Part shown: piece after piece, positions 31,213-40,925 of the stretch
Layout of the letters: every line of letters starts with the position of its first letter
Numbering within the stretch: position 1 is the stretch's first letter
Source: Polyangiales bacterium
GTDB lineage: Bacteria > Myxococcota_A > Polyangia > Polyangiales > Polyangiaceae
Length of the DNA: 64,000 bases
Direction: 5' to 3'
Assembly (NCBI GenBank): GCA_038231275.1
Contig: JBBRLQ010000011.1
Coordinates: forward strand, 166,494-230,493
Program-made: the position numbers and the translations under genes
Notes under the pieces: generated by a model
Told to the model about the DNA's origin: nothing
Databases searched by the model: none
What the model saw: only the letters and a program-made list of their open reading frames with translations

Positions 31213-31893
31213 TCAGCCCGACTCGGGCCGATAGAACGACCAAAACCGCGCGCCCCACTCTTCACCGCCCTTGTCGGTCGGGTGGATGCCGTCGCTGATG
31301 CGCTCGAGGTCCAGGTTGCTCGAGTCGAAGAAGCGGCAGGGGGCGACGTTGTCGCGAAGGACCTCGACGATTCCCTTGTCGCCGTTCCAGGTCGGCGGGC
31401 CGATCCAGATGCAGTCGCGGGGACCGACGCTCTTCACGACGGCGCGGATGCGGCCGAGGAGGGCCTGCGGCGCGGGGACGAAGACCTCGTTGGTGCCCAA
31501 GTTGATGAGGACCAGATCGGGCTGGTGCTTCGCGACGGACTCTTTGAGGTGGGTTGCTGCCTCGGTGTTCAGGAGCGACGCGGCGTTGACCGTGTCGCTG
31601 ACGTAGACGGCGCCGTCGGCCTCGAAGCGGGCCTTGAGCGCGCGGGCGAGGCCGTGGCCGCCGCCGACCGTGGAATCGCCGGTGTGCAGCACCGTCCGGT
31701 ACGCTTTGCGCGCCGCGGCCGCGTCCTTCATCTCGTCGAGGACGATCGGTGCCGCAGGAGGGCCCGCATCGACGACCGCGGCGGCCAGCGTCGCGCCGCG
31801 CGAAGGATCGTCCCGATGCGTCCGTGAGCAGGCCGCCGAGCCGAGCGCGACGACGACGACCGCGAGCGCTACTGCCCGACGTCCGCGCAGCAA
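31213..31893 (-). CDS. SGNH/GDSL hydrolase lipoprotein
   Basis: Lipobox SAAC; GDST; NLGTN; DGIHP. Confidence 0.82.
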   Translation of the reverse strand: MLRGRRAVALAVVVVALGSAACSRTHRDDPSRGATLAAAVVDAGPPAAPIVLDEMKDAAAARKAYRTVLHTGDSTVGGGHGLARALKARFEADGAVYVSDTVNAASLLNTEAATHLKESVAKHQPDLVLINLGTNEVFVPAPQALLGRIRAVVKSVGPRDCIWIGPPTWNGDKGIVEVLRDNVAPCRFFDSSNLDLERISDGIHPTDKGGEEWGARFWSFYRPESG

Positions 31894-32879
31894 CGGAAGC
31901 CCGTCGAATAGTCGTGGTACCAGGCGGCGTGCGCCATCGTGCGGTACTGGCAGCCGTCACCGTTCAGGTGCGTGTCCTGGTAGTAGCCGCCGAGGAACGT
32001 CCCCTCCGGATCGTCGACCCACTCGTGCACGTTGCCGACCATGTCGTGGACGCCGTAGCCGTTGGCGCAGTCCTCGAACTCGCCCGTCTTCGCGAGCGTG
32101 CCCTGGAGCTGGTTCAAGAGCTCGTTGTTCATCTTGTTCCAGGTGAAGACCTCGTCGCCCATGCCCTGGCCGCCGAAGACCATGCTGAGCGGGCTCTTCC
32201 CCTGGGTGTTGCAGCGCTTGGGCTCTTCGTTCTGCCCGTAGCCGTAGGTGGACTTGTCGGGGCCCATACAGGCCTTCCGCCACTCGGGGGCCTTGCAGAG
32301 GCGCTTGCCGGAGCGCGCGCACGCGTCCTTCGCCTGCATCTCGCTGATGTACGCCTGCGGGTGGATGCCCGGCTCGCTGATGGCGCGGACGGCGACGTTC
32401 GAGTGGGCCCCGTTCCCCTCTTTGCCGTCGTCGACGGGGAGGAAGGCCGACCACGGGCGCTCGTCGCCGTTCGGGAGGATCTGGAGGAGCGACGCCTCGT
32501 AGCGGTCGACGCAGTAGAGATCATCCACCGAGGCCATATCGGGCGGGCAGAGTCCGTTCGTCGGAAGCGGGCGATCGCCGGGGCCGAGGAGCTGGTCCAT
32601 CGGGGTGTCCGGGCCGGTCGTGCGGCCGAGGTCGAGGAGGTTCAGCGTGCGCGCGCCGTCTTTGCCGGTGCCGCGGGTCATCTTCGTGGCGCCGCGCGCG
32701 TAGACGGGCGCGCCGGCAACGTGGGGGGCCGCCGTCTCGTTCACCGCCGCCGGCTCCAGAAGGGACGCGCGCTTGGCGCAGCCACCGCTCACGAGCGCGA
32801 AGAAGGAAACGCACGCCAACATCGCGGGAGCCGCGAGCCCAGCCACTTCGATCACACGCCTCGGGAGAACAACCAACAT
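31869..32879 (-). CDS. FGE-sulfatase (SUMF1-like) domain lipoprotein
   Basis: CPPDM...YCVDRYE; ACARSGKRLC...EWRKAC; GVHDMVGNVHEW; TGFRCC. Start may be a later ATG (32822). Confidence 0.85.
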   Translation of the reverse strand: MLVVLPRRVIEVAGLAAPAMLACVSFFALVSGGCAKRASLLEPAAVNETAAPHVAGAPVYARGATKMTRGTGKDGARTLNLLDLGRTTGPDTPMDQLLGPGDRPLPTNGLCPPDMASVDDLYCVDRYEASLLQILPNGDERPWSAFLPVDDGKEGNGAHSNVAVRAISEPGIHPQAYISEMQAKDACARSGKRLCKAPEWRKACMGPDKSTYGYGQNEEPKRCNTQGKSPLSMVFGGQGMGDEVFTWNKMNNELLNQLQGTLAKTGEFEDCANGYGVHDMVGNVHEWVDDPEGTFLGGYYQDTHLNGDGCQYRTMAHAAWYHDYSTGFRCCADVGQ

Positions 32880-33108
32880 CCACCTCCAGAGAGTCGCCGG
32901 GGAGCCAACCCCCGAAACAGTCGACCGCGTAACCTTCTACGCGACCGCCCCCTTGGATAACCGCCTCAGGCGTTCAGCGGAACCCCAAATCGACATCCGT
33001 TGGGGTACCGAATGTTCAGCGGAAATGTGAGATATTGGGTTAGCAGTCTCGGAATCCTCTTTATTCTGAGTAGTTGTCTACGCACCTCGAGAGACTGGAT
33101 CAGGCGAG

Positions 33109-33125
33109 GAAATGTCCCACATTTC
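33109..33125. promoter_or_regulatory. Inverted repeat GAAATGT-ccc-ACATTTC in an AT-rich intergenic region
   Basis: Perfect 7-bp arms; a second GGAAATGT half-site at 33021. Confidence 0.45.
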
Positions 33126-33157
33126 TTTCGGATCGACCTCGAACCATGACGCCAAGA

Positions 33158-33898
33158 TCACCCCTTTTGGCCGTTTTGGACCGAGAGCGCGCGCGCGGTC
33201 GAGAGCACGGCGTCGAACATCCGTGGCGTTAGGCGACCCGTCTGCGTGTTCTGTTGGCTCACGTGGTAGCTGCCAAGAACAGTGATGCGTCCGAGATCCA
33301 CGCGCGCGGCGTGGGCAAACGCGGGACGCGGTCTCACGCCGATCCGGTGTGGTGCGCGGGCGCAGTGATCGAGGAAGGCGCCCCATGCGATGGCGCCCAG
33401 CGCGAGGACGACGCGGACGCGCGGAAGGAGGGCGAGCTCGGCGTCGAAGTGTTCCGCGCACTGAGAGAGCTCGGCAGGGAGCGGGCGGTTGTCGGGCGGA
33501 GCGCAGCGCACCGGGAGGGAGACGAACGCGTCGTGAAGGACGAGGCCGTCGCCGCGTGAGCTGCTCGTCGGCTGGCTGGCGTAGCCCGCGCGATGGAGAG
33601 CGGCGTACAGGAAGTCGCCCGATCGGTCGCCGGTGAAAGCGCGACCGGTGCGGTTCGCGCCGTGCGCCCCGGGCGCGAGGCCCACGATGAGGAGTCGCGC
33701 CGCGGGATCGCCGAAGCCCGGGACAGGACGCGCCCAGTAGTCCTCATCGCGGTACATGCGGCGCTTGGTACGGCCGACCTCTTCCCGCCAGGCGACCAAA
33801 CGCGGACACGCCGCGCACGCCTCGATCCGCGCATGGACGGCCGCAAGCGGGGCAAGAGGAACGCGAGAAACGAGAGGAGAGGCGTGTCGGCCTGCCAT
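33158..33898 (-). CDS. udgB: Uracil-DNA glycosylase family 5
   Basis: CxxCPRL Fe-S motif; GLAPGAHGANRTGRAFTGD; RCAPPDNRP; YHVSQQNT. Confidence 0.9.
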   Translation of the reverse strand: MAGRHASPLVSRVPLAPLAAVHARIEACAACPRLVAWREEVGRTKRRMYRDEDYWARPVPGFGDPAARLLIVGLAPGAHGANRTGRAFTGDRSGDFLYAALHRAGYASQPTSSSRGDGLVLHDAFVSLPVRCAPPDNRPLPAELSQCAEHFDAELALLPRVRVVLALGAIAWGAFLDHCARAPHRIGVRPRPAFAHAARVDLGRITVLGSYHVSQQNTQTGRLTPRMFDAVLSTARALSVQNGQKG

Positions 33899-33953
33899 GC
33901 CTCGACGTTTACACGCAGTCCGGGCGCGCCGGCAGGGTAGCCTTGTCGCGCCC

Positions 33954-35156
33954 ATGGCCGTTCACCGCGTCTACTTTTCTCCGGGGATGTTCGGCTTCGG
34001 GAGCCTCGCGTCGTTCGAGTACTTCGCCCACCTCCGAAAGGCTCTCGAACGCGAGCTCGGTCGCGACGGCGACACGGTCGAGACGTACGTGGTCGACGTG
34101 CCGCCGACCGCGTCCATCCGGCGGCGCGCGGGCCGGCTCGCCGAGCTGGTGGCGCAGACCTGCGATGCCGACGATCCCGCGGGCGGACCGATCCACCTGG
34201 TCGGCCACTCCACGGGAGGACTGGACGCGCGTCTGGTCGCGTCGCCGAGCGTCCTCTTGCCCGTCCCGCCCGGGACCACGCGCTGGCTGCCGCGTTTGGC
34301 GTCGGTGTCGACCCTGAGCACGCCGCACTACGGGACCCCTCTCGCCGGATTCTTCGCCACCGTGAGCGGCCAGCGGATGCTCTACGCGCTGTCGGCGCTC
34401 ACCTTCATCGGCCTTTCGCTCGGGTCGCCGCCGCTGGCCGCCGCGAGCGCGCTCGTCGTCGCCTTCGGACGCCTCGATCGCATGCTTGGCATCGAGCTCC
34501 GCATCCTCGACCGGACGACCGAGTCCCTCCTCCGCGTCCTCGACGACGCCCGGAGCGCCGAGGTGCGATCGTACCTCTCGGCGATCAAGGAGGATCAGGC
34601 GGCCCTCATCCAACTGACGCCCGAGGCGATGGACCTCTTCCAAGCAGGGATCGAGGATCGGCCGGGCGTCCTCTACCAGTCGACGGCGACGATGGCGCCT
34701 CCTCCGACGACCATCGGCCTCGCCAAGACGATCCTCCGCCCGTGGGTGACCGTCTCGCACGCGATTTTCACGGCGCTCTACGCCGTGACGGCGCGCCTCG
34801 ACGAGCGGTACCCCTGCGCGGCCCACCACGCCGGCGACGAAAACGAGGCGATGCTCGACCGCGTCTTCGGCCGTTCGCCCGGCGCGCGCTCGAACGACGG
34901 CGTCGTCCCGCTCCGCTCGCAGATCTGGGGGAAGCTCGCGTGGGCGGGATACGCCGACCACCTCGACGTCCTCGGCCATTTTCGCGGCGGTCCGGCCGCG
35001 CCGATGCACAACGACTGGCTCTCGTCGGGATCGAGCTTCGACGTGTCGGCGTTCGAGGCGCTCACCCGCGCGCTGGGGGCGGGGATGCGGGCGGGGGCGC
35101 AGGCGGTGGCGTCGTCGGCATCGTCGCCGGTTCGGGCGTCTCGACCCGCGCCTTGA
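33954..35156 (+). CDS. Triacylglycerol lipase-like alpha/beta hydrolase
   Basis: PGMFGF oxyanion region; GHSTGG; TPHYGT; NDGVVP; DHLDV. Confidence 0.88.
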   Translation: MAVHRVYFSPGMFGFGSLASFEYFAHLRKALERELGRDGDTVETYVVDVPPTASIRRRAGRLAELVAQTCDADDPAGGPIHLVGHSTGGLDARLVASPSVLLPVPPGTTRWLPRLASVSTLSTPHYGTPLAGFFATVSGQRMLYALSALTFIGLSLGSPPLAAASALVVAFGRLDRMLGIELRILDRTTESLLRVLDDARSAEVRSYLSAIKEDQAALIQLTPEAMDLFQAGIEDRPGVLYQSTATMAPPPTTIGLAKTILRPWVTVSHAIFTALYAVTARLDERYPCAAHHAGDENEAMLDRVFGRSPGARSNDGVVPLRSQIWGKLAWAGYADHLDVLGHFRGGPAAPMHNDWLSSGSSFDVSAFEALTRALGAGMRAGAQAVASSASSPVRASRPAP

Positions 35157-35808
35157 TCCCGTCGAGCGCGTCGCCCGCCGCGTCGCGCAGCTCCTCGTCG
35201 ATCGCCGACTGAGGCGCCGGCACCTTTGGCAAGATGAGGAGATCGCAGCGCAGGATCGTCGAGCCCGGCCCGACCTCGCGCATCGTCATGATGAGGTTGG
35301 CGTCGCGAACGTTCCCCTTCACGAACGTCCCCTCGAGTCGCTCCCCCTGCGCGGTCGGCACGATCGGCGCAAAGCGGAGGACGTCCCAGAGCGTCAACAT
35401 GCCGTGCATGATGGGCACCTGCATGTAGAGATCGGTCTGCCCGTGCTCCTTAGCGATGACGCGCGCGTTCTTGAATTTCCGCGGGACGATGTCCTTGTAG
35501 TGGTTGAAATCGAGGATCACTTTGCGCACGGCGTCGGCGGGGCCGTGGATGAGGATGTCGGCGTGTCCGTAGCGCTCGCGCTTGCCGTCGGGGACGAGGT
35601 TCGACCGGAGCGCGACGGGCGACGCGTCGAGGCGCGCGACCTCGGCGGCGTCGAGGGGGGCGAGGGTCGGAGTCGGCGTCGGAGTCGGCGTCGGAGTCGG
35701 AGTCGGCGTCGGAGTCGGAGTCGGCGTCGGAGTCGGAGTCGGAGTCGCGGCTCCGCACGCAGCGAGGAACATGGACAAGAGGAGGAAGGGCGCGCGGGTG
35801 AGCGTCAC
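35062..35808 (-). CDS. Lipoprotein with PT linker and SRPBCC/START-like domain
   Basis: Lipobox LAAC; (PT)13; IHGPADAVRKVILDFNHYKDIVP. Confidence 0.7.
   Translation of the reverse strand: MTLTRAPFLLLSMFLAACGAATPTPTPTPTPTPTPTPTPTPTPTPTPTLAPLDAAEVARLDASPVALRSNLVPDGKRERYGHADILIHGPADAVRKVILDFNHYKDIVPRKFKNARVIAKEHGQTDLYMQVPIMHGMLTLWDVLRFAPIVPTAQGERLEGTFVKGNVRDANLIMTMREVGPGSTILRCDLLILPKVPAPQSAIDEELRDAAGDALDGIKARVETPEPATMPTTPPPAPPPASPPPARG
35665..35745 (-). repeat. Hexamer repeat (ccgacN) encoding a Pro-Thr linker
   Basis: gtcgga/gtcggc units on the plus strand. Confidence 0.9.
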
Positions 35809-35819
35809 GGGGGCGGAGT

Positions 35820-37490
35820 CTACTCCTTGGTCGCGCCCGGCGGTGGAAGGGCAGGGCCCACGTGCTCGACGATGCGGAACGTCGCGTCAGGGAGGATCAC
35901 GATCATGTGGATTCCGAGCAAATCGGGGGCGATCGTCTCCTCGTGCGATCGGCTCGGGGGTCTCGCGGTGCGAACGTGGAGGACGAGCAACGAGAACGCG
36001 GGCCGGGTGAAGAGCTCCAGCCGCTCGACGAGGCGCCGGTCCGTTCCAGGCTCGATGTCGTCGTACACGACGGCATCCGGACCCTCGGCGAAGCGCTCGG
36101 CTTCCGCGAGGCGAAACCGAATGCCGCCACGGCTCGATTGCCAAACCGCGAGGAGCTTGTCGGCCATCGCCCCAACGAGCACTGTCGGTCGCTCCGCCTT
36201 TAGGGGCAGCGCCTCGGAGTCGCGCGTCGCGCCGGCCACGCTGACGCGGAACGTGCGGCAGCTCGCCGTCGTGCAGCGCGCGTGCTCGATCTCGCCCGCG
36301 GGGGTGGTCGTCGTAAGTGTTGCGAGCTGCCCGTCGCATCCGAGCGCGGCGCCTGCGGCGAGGGTCGCCGTCACGCCGGACGGAGGCAGACCACCCTCGG
36401 GACCACGGAGGAGCAGCGAATAGACGCCCCCGCGCGCCGACGCGAACCAAACGCCCGAGGTCGAACGGCACGCGCGGACGTAGCGTGACTCGTCAACCGG
36501 AAACGAGAGCGACCCGCGCAGAGCGGCACCGGTCGACGCGACGACGCGCGAACCCGTCGTGCTCGTGCCGACAGGCCATGTGAAGCTGTCCGCAACCACG
36601 CGCGCGCCGGCGGGCTTTGGCGCGTCGGGCCAGAGAGGGCGATCGACGGTCTTGCCGTCCTTGAGCCGTTCGAGGCCGCGCGCGCCGAGAACCACGAGAG
36701 TCCCGTTTGCCGCGGCGAACGCGCGCAGCGGCCGGCCGTCGTCGCTCAACGTAACGCCGGAGCCGGTGTCGAAATACGTCGTCGCCTCTGCTTTGTCGCG
36801 CAAGAGCGCGGGGGCGGAGTCCTCGGCGTCGGCCACCTCGCGGCCGTTCGTCCCATGGGAAGCGCACGCGGGCTGGAGCAGGCTGCCCTCGGAGAAGACG
36901 CAGAGCACCGGCGGAACGGGGGCACCGTCGAAGTGCCGCAAGCCGTCGGCGAAAAGGATTCGCATGGCACGCTGCGGTGCCTCGTCGCTCGTCACGAGGC
37001 TGTATTCGTGGTCGAGGAACATCGGAAGGAACAGGAACGGCATCTCGAGGAGCTGCGGTACGGGATGCGCGCGGACTGCCGGCCTCCATCCCTTGGCGGG
37101 CGCGTCGCTTCTGAGCCAGTACCCCGATTCGGGGGTGAGGCGCGGCGGCCACTTGCGGAGGCGTTCGAGGACGGCCTTGGCCTGCAGCCGGTGGTAGTCG
37201 CTCGGCGCCTCGTCGACGAGCGCGCTCGCGAGCTTGATGCAACGCCCCGGCCAGTCCTCACGGTCGGCGACGGCGAGGGACATCTCCGCGAGCTCGATGT
37301 CTCGGATGCACGGCGGCGCGTCTCCTGCGCACGACCCCGCCAAGCACACGTAGGTCTCGCTGCGCTGCTCGGCGTAGTGGCGCTCGCGCGCCTGAACCAT
37401 CAGCTGCCACGCGAGGTACGCGATGAAGAGGACGGCGGGCACCCCGAGCAATGTCCCCACCGCGACACGGAACGCACGGCTCCCGACCAC
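35820..37490 (-). CDS. Hypothetical membrane-anchored, Cys-containing protein
   Basis: 556-aa ORF with N-terminal TM; fills the gap with no competing recognisable gene. Confidence 0.55.
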   Translation of the reverse strand: MVGSRAFRVAVGTLLGVPAVLFIAYLAWQLMVQARERHYAEQRSETYVCLAGSCAGDAPPCIRDIELAEMSLAVADREDWPGRCIKLASALVDEAPSDYHRLQAKAVLERLRKWPPRLTPESGYWLRSDAPAKGWRPAVRAHPVPQLLEMPFLFLPMFLDHEYSLVTSDEAPQRAMRILFADGLRHFDGAPVPPVLCVFSEGSLLQPACASHGTNGREVADAEDSAPALLRDKAEATTYFDTGSGVTLSDDGRPLRAFAAANGTLVVLGARGLERLKDGKTVDRPLWPDAPKPAGARVVADSFTWPVGTSTTGSRVVASTGAALRGSLSFPVDESRYVRACRSTSGVWFASARGGVYSLLLRGPEGGLPPSGVTATLAAGAALGCDGQLATLTTTTPAGEIEHARCTTASCRTFRVSVAGATRDSEALPLKAERPTVLVGAMADKLLAVWQSSRGGIRFRLAEAERFAEGPDAVVYDDIEPGTDRRLVERLELFTRPAFSLLVLHVRTARPPSRSHEETIAPDLLGIHMIVILPDATFRIVEHVGPALPPPGATKE

Positions 37491-37621
37491 GTCTTGACGT
37501 TATCGCGCCACCTCACGCCCGACAACGCTCGCGTTCCCGGAGGCGTCGGCGTCGGCCGCGCCGAGATGCTCGCTCGCGTCGGTCGCGCGAAACCGACGAC
37601 GGATCGGTGCGTAGGGGCCCC

Positions 37622-38605
37622 ATGGCCCTCACCTCGCGCCCCCCGCCGTCGGAAGAAATGCACCGCTACCGGCGCATCGCCGAGGTCTGGAACTGGCTCC
37701 CCGCCTTTCGCGTCGTCGCCGAGTACGAGAGCATCCATAAGGCCGCCGCGGTCCTCTGCGTGAGCGCCTCGGCTTTGTCGCGGACCGTAAAGCTGCTCGA
37801 GGCCTCACTCGGCGTGCCGCTCTTCGTGCGGACGAACGGAGGGCTCGAGCTGACCGCGGTCGGCCTTCAAATCCTCGACGGCACGCGCGACGCCATGCGG
37901 ACGGTCGACGACGCATGGGTCCTGGCGACTCCCTCGTCCGCGAGGCAGATCGTGGGCGTCGGCACGATCGGCGCGTCGGTCACGCCGCTCGTGGCGCGCG
38001 CCGTCGGCCGGATCGCGCGGCGGCCGAGCTCGTCGCGATTTCGGATGATCGAGCTTGACGCGGCGAGCGCCGAGGTCGAGCTCCTGCGCGGGAACGTGGA
38101 CATCGTCTTGATGGAAGATGCGCGCCTCACGGCCACGCTCGTGCATCACGCCCTCGGCGCGCTGCCGTTCGCGCTCTTCGGCTCGTCCGGCTCCGTCGAG
38201 AACGAAAAGAAGGTGCAGCTTGAAGGATGGGCGTTCGAGGGGCCCGCCGAGGTGACCGCCGACTCGGTCGACGCCGTCGCCCACCTCGCGTACGAGAGCG
38301 GCTTTCTGGCGCTTCTCCCCGTCGGCCTCGCACCGCCACACTTCGAGCTGCTCCGCTGGACGGACGAGACGGTCGCGGTGCATGCGTTGACCCGCGCGAC
38401 GCTCGGCTCCGCCGCCGACGAAGGTGCGCGCGCCGTGCTCGACGCCGTGCGCGCGTTCCTTCGTGACGTGGAAGCTCAGCGGGCCGACGTGGCGAGGCCG
38501 ACCGCGTGCGCCGGTAGGCCACCGACGCTGCCCGCCGCGGTGAGCGAACCGTCCGTCGCGGCGCGGAACGCCGCGAGCGTCGCGGTGCCGCCCTCGAGGA
38601 CGTAG
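37622..38605 (+). CDS. LysR family regulator (degenerate substrate-binding domain)
   Basis: WLPAFRVVAEYESIHKAAAVLCVSASALSRTVKLLEASLGVPLFVR...LTAVG. Confidence 0.85.
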   Translation: MALTSRPPPSEEMHRYRRIAEVWNWLPAFRVVAEYESIHKAAAVLCVSASALSRTVKLLEASLGVPLFVRTNGGLELTAVGLQILDGTRDAMRTVDDAWVLATPSSARQIVGVGTIGASVTPLVARAVGRIARRPSSSRFRMIELDAASAEVELLRGNVDIVLMEDARLTATLVHHALGALPFALFGSSGSVENEKKVQLEGWAFEGPAEVTADSVDAVAHLAYESGFLALLPVGLAPPHFELLRWTDETVAVHALTRATLGSAADEGARAVLDAVRAFLRDVEAQRADVARPTACAGRPPTLPAAVSEPSVAARNAASVAVPPSRT

Positions 38606-39639
38606 AGGCGACCGTCGTCGTCGAGCGCCATGTCGGCTGGCTTCGTCCCGTCACCGGTCTTCGTCGTGGCGCCCGCCGGCAGCAGCGCGATCGCCCCGCT
38701 CGGCGCGATCGCATAGCCGGTCAAGGAGCCGCTCGCGGTGTTCGAGGTGTAGGCCGTGTGTCCGTCGTTCGAGACGACGACCCAGCACGGCGCGGCCTCT
38801 CCGTCCTTGACGGGGCCCGTCACCAGCGACGGCGCGGCGCCGAGATCGAGCGTGTACGACGAGAGCGCGCCGGCGCCCGCCGCGCCGCCGAACGCGTCGG
38901 ACACGATGAGCGTGCCGCGCGCGTCGAACGCGAAGCCGAACGGAGTGTCGCCGACCGACGGCACGGTGCGCGCGCCCGTGAGCGACCCGTCCCGACGGAC
39001 GACGAAGGTGTCGAGGCTGTTCGTCCCTTTCTCCGTCACGACCACCGCGTCGCCGTCGGGGCTGAACGCGACCTCTGCCGGCCCTACGCTCGTTGCCGCG
39101 CTGAGGCCTCGCGCGGAGTGGGCGATCGGGCGAAGCATGCCGGCGTCGGCGTCGATCCAGAAGCCGCTGACGTTCTGCTCCGCGCCGGCGTTGAGGACGT
39201 ACACGAGCCCGTGCGATTCGGCGACACTGATGGGCCGATTTCCGCCGGATTTTGCGACGTCCACGAGGTGCAGCCCGCCGTGCGTCGTCCGGAAGAGCGA
39301 GACCTCGTCGCTGCCCGCGTTGACGGCGAGGAGCCATCGCCCGTCGACGCTACGTGCGAGCGCGCCTTGCGAGCCGAGCCCGTCGTCGCTGCCGCGGCCT
39401 CCGGTCGAAACGCGCCGGGAGAGCGCGAGCGCGCCGTGCTCCTGCGCCTCGAAGACGAGCACCGCGTTGTCTGCTTCGTTTCCGAGCACGAAGACGCGGT
39501 CGGCGTCGCGCGTGCGGTGCGCAGCCGTGTCGAGCGCGGACGCGGTCTCGGCAGACGTCGTCTCGGGGGCGCTCGGCGCAGAGCTCGAGCACGCGGCGAC
39601 GAGGAGAAGGGACGAGGACAGAAGAATGGAGCGATTCAT
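38476..39639 (-). CDS. Lactonase-family beta-propeller lipoprotein
   Basis: SD aggagg; lipobox VAAC; STGGRG....LGSQG; NAGSDEVSLF; SGGNRPISV; repeated blades; APCW. Confidence 0.85.
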   Translation of the reverse strand: MNRSILLSSSLLLVAACSSSAPSAPETTSAETASALDTAAHRTRDADRVFVLGNEADNAVLVFEAQEHGALALSRRVSTGGRGSDDGLGSQGALARSVDGRWLLAVNAGSDEVSLFRTTHGGLHLVDVAKSGGNRPISVAESHGLVYVLNAGAEQNVSGFWIDADAGMLRPIAHSARGLSAATSVGPAEVAFSPDGDAVVVTEKGTNSLDTFVVRRDGSLTGARTVPSVGDTPFGFAFDARGTLIVSDAFGGAAGAGALSSYTLDLGAAPSLVTGPVKDGEAAPCWVVVSNDGHTAYTSNTASGSLTGYAIAPSGAIALLPAGATTKTGDGTKPADMALDDDGRLYVLEGGTATLAAFRAATDGSLTAAGSVGGLPAHAVGLATSAR

Positions 39640-39669
39640 GTGGACCTCCTTGGCAGTCATTGCGGCGAC

Positions 39670-39695
39670 TACGAAGCGAGCGGTCCGCACGTTTC
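39670..39695 (-). promoter_or_regulatory. ECF-sigma-like promoter upstream of the lactonase gene
   Basis: Minus strand reads GAAAC-N16-TCGTA. Confidence 0.4.
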
Positions 39696-39800
39696 GTTCG
39701 TAGCGGTACAGAGAACGCGAGGGGGGATGCGAAAAACTCGAACGGCGCAAAACGGCACACGGCCGCCTGGCCGTGGCCGACGGAGCAGGCCGCGCGGGCG

Positions 39801-40925
39801 TCAGCCGCGGCGGTCCGCGTCGTTCGCGACCACGCGCGCGTAGATCTCGCCATATGCGCGGCACATCGCGTCGATCGAAAAGGAGCCTTCGACGCGCGCG
39901 CGGGCGGCCGCGCCCATCGACGGAAGGTCGTCGCGCTGGGCCTGTGCGTCGCGCATCACGGCCGCGAGACCTCCCGGCGTGGCGGACGATGCGAGCCATC
40001 CCGTCACTCCGTGCTCGACGATCTCGGGGACGCCGCCGACGGGGAACGCGACGACGGGCTTCCCCATCGCCATGCCCTCGAGCACCGCGATGCCCAGGCC
40101 CTCTTGCCGCGAGCTGCAGAGGACGACGTCACACGCGGCATGGATCGGGCGCACGTCGGCGAGCTGCCCGTGGAACGTCACGCGTGACCATAGCCCGCGC
40201 GCGCGCGTCGTCTCTTCGAGTGCGGACCGCTCTTCGCCGTCACCCACGACGTCGAGCGTGGCGTCCGGAACGTGCGCGAGCGCCTCGAGCGCCAGATCGA
40301 CGCCTTTCCGAGGCTCGAGCCGCGCCACGAGGGAAAAACGAAGGGGGCCGTCGGCGCGCGCGCGCAGGTCGGGCGCGAAGCGGATCGTGTCCACGCCGTT
40401 GTGGATCACGGAAACGTTCGCGAGCCACGGCGCTCGCGCCACTGCGACGTCGCGCACGTGCCGGCTGATCGCGACGGTGCACCGCGTGCGTTTCAGCGAC
40501 CACGACGAGAAAGGCCAGCAGCTCGGATCGGTGTACACGCGCGTCGAGTGCTCGGTCCTTACCACCGGCACGCCGGCGCTGCGTGCCGCGCGCGTCCCCA
40601 CGACGTGCGACGCGAACGTGTGGAGGTGCGCGACGTCCGCACGCTCGCTGCGGAGCACGCGCTCGAGCCACGCCGCGTCGAGCGGGCCGAGCGATCGCCA
40701 CAAATACGCCGCAGGATTCTCGCGGACGCGCCCGCGATCGTGGACCGTGAGACCGGCATCTCGAAAGAGGCGCGCCAGCGCGTCGCTCGGCGTCATCAGC
40801 GCGATCGCGTGCGACGCGCGCGACAGCTCCGGTCGCGACGCCAGGTCGACGAGCATTCGCTCCGCGCCGCCGAGCTCTCCCGCGACGACGACGTGAACGA
40901 CACGGGCCACGGGCCGCGCCGTCAC
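39801..40925 (-). CDS. GT4 glycosyltransferase
   Basis: GGAER; HNGVD; RLEPRKG; EGLGIAVLEGM (E-x7-E); GTGA overlap with the flippase stop. Confidence 0.92.
   Translation of the reverse strand: MTARPVARVVHVVVAGELGGAERMLVDLASRPELSRASHAIALMTPSDALARLFRDAGLTVHDRGRVRENPAAYLWRSLGPLDAAWLERVLRSERADVAHLHTFASHVVGTRAARSAGVPVVRTEHSTRVYTDPSCWPFSSWSLKRTRCTVAISRHVRDVAVARAPWLANVSVIHNGVDTIRFAPDLRARADGPLRFSLVARLEPRKGVDLALEALAHVPDATLDVVGDGEERSALEETTRARGLWSRVTFHGQLADVRPIHAACDVVLCSSRQEGLGIAVLEGMAMGKPVVAFPVGGVPEIVEHGVTGWLASSATPGGLAAVMRDAQAQRDDLPSMGAAARARVEGSFSIDAMCRAYGEIYARVVANDADRRG

Noticed and set aside
35820..37490. Genomic island or mobile element around less GC3-biased orphan genes (also 26060-27613)
   Set aside because: No integrase, transposase, tRNA target or flanking direct repeats seen.
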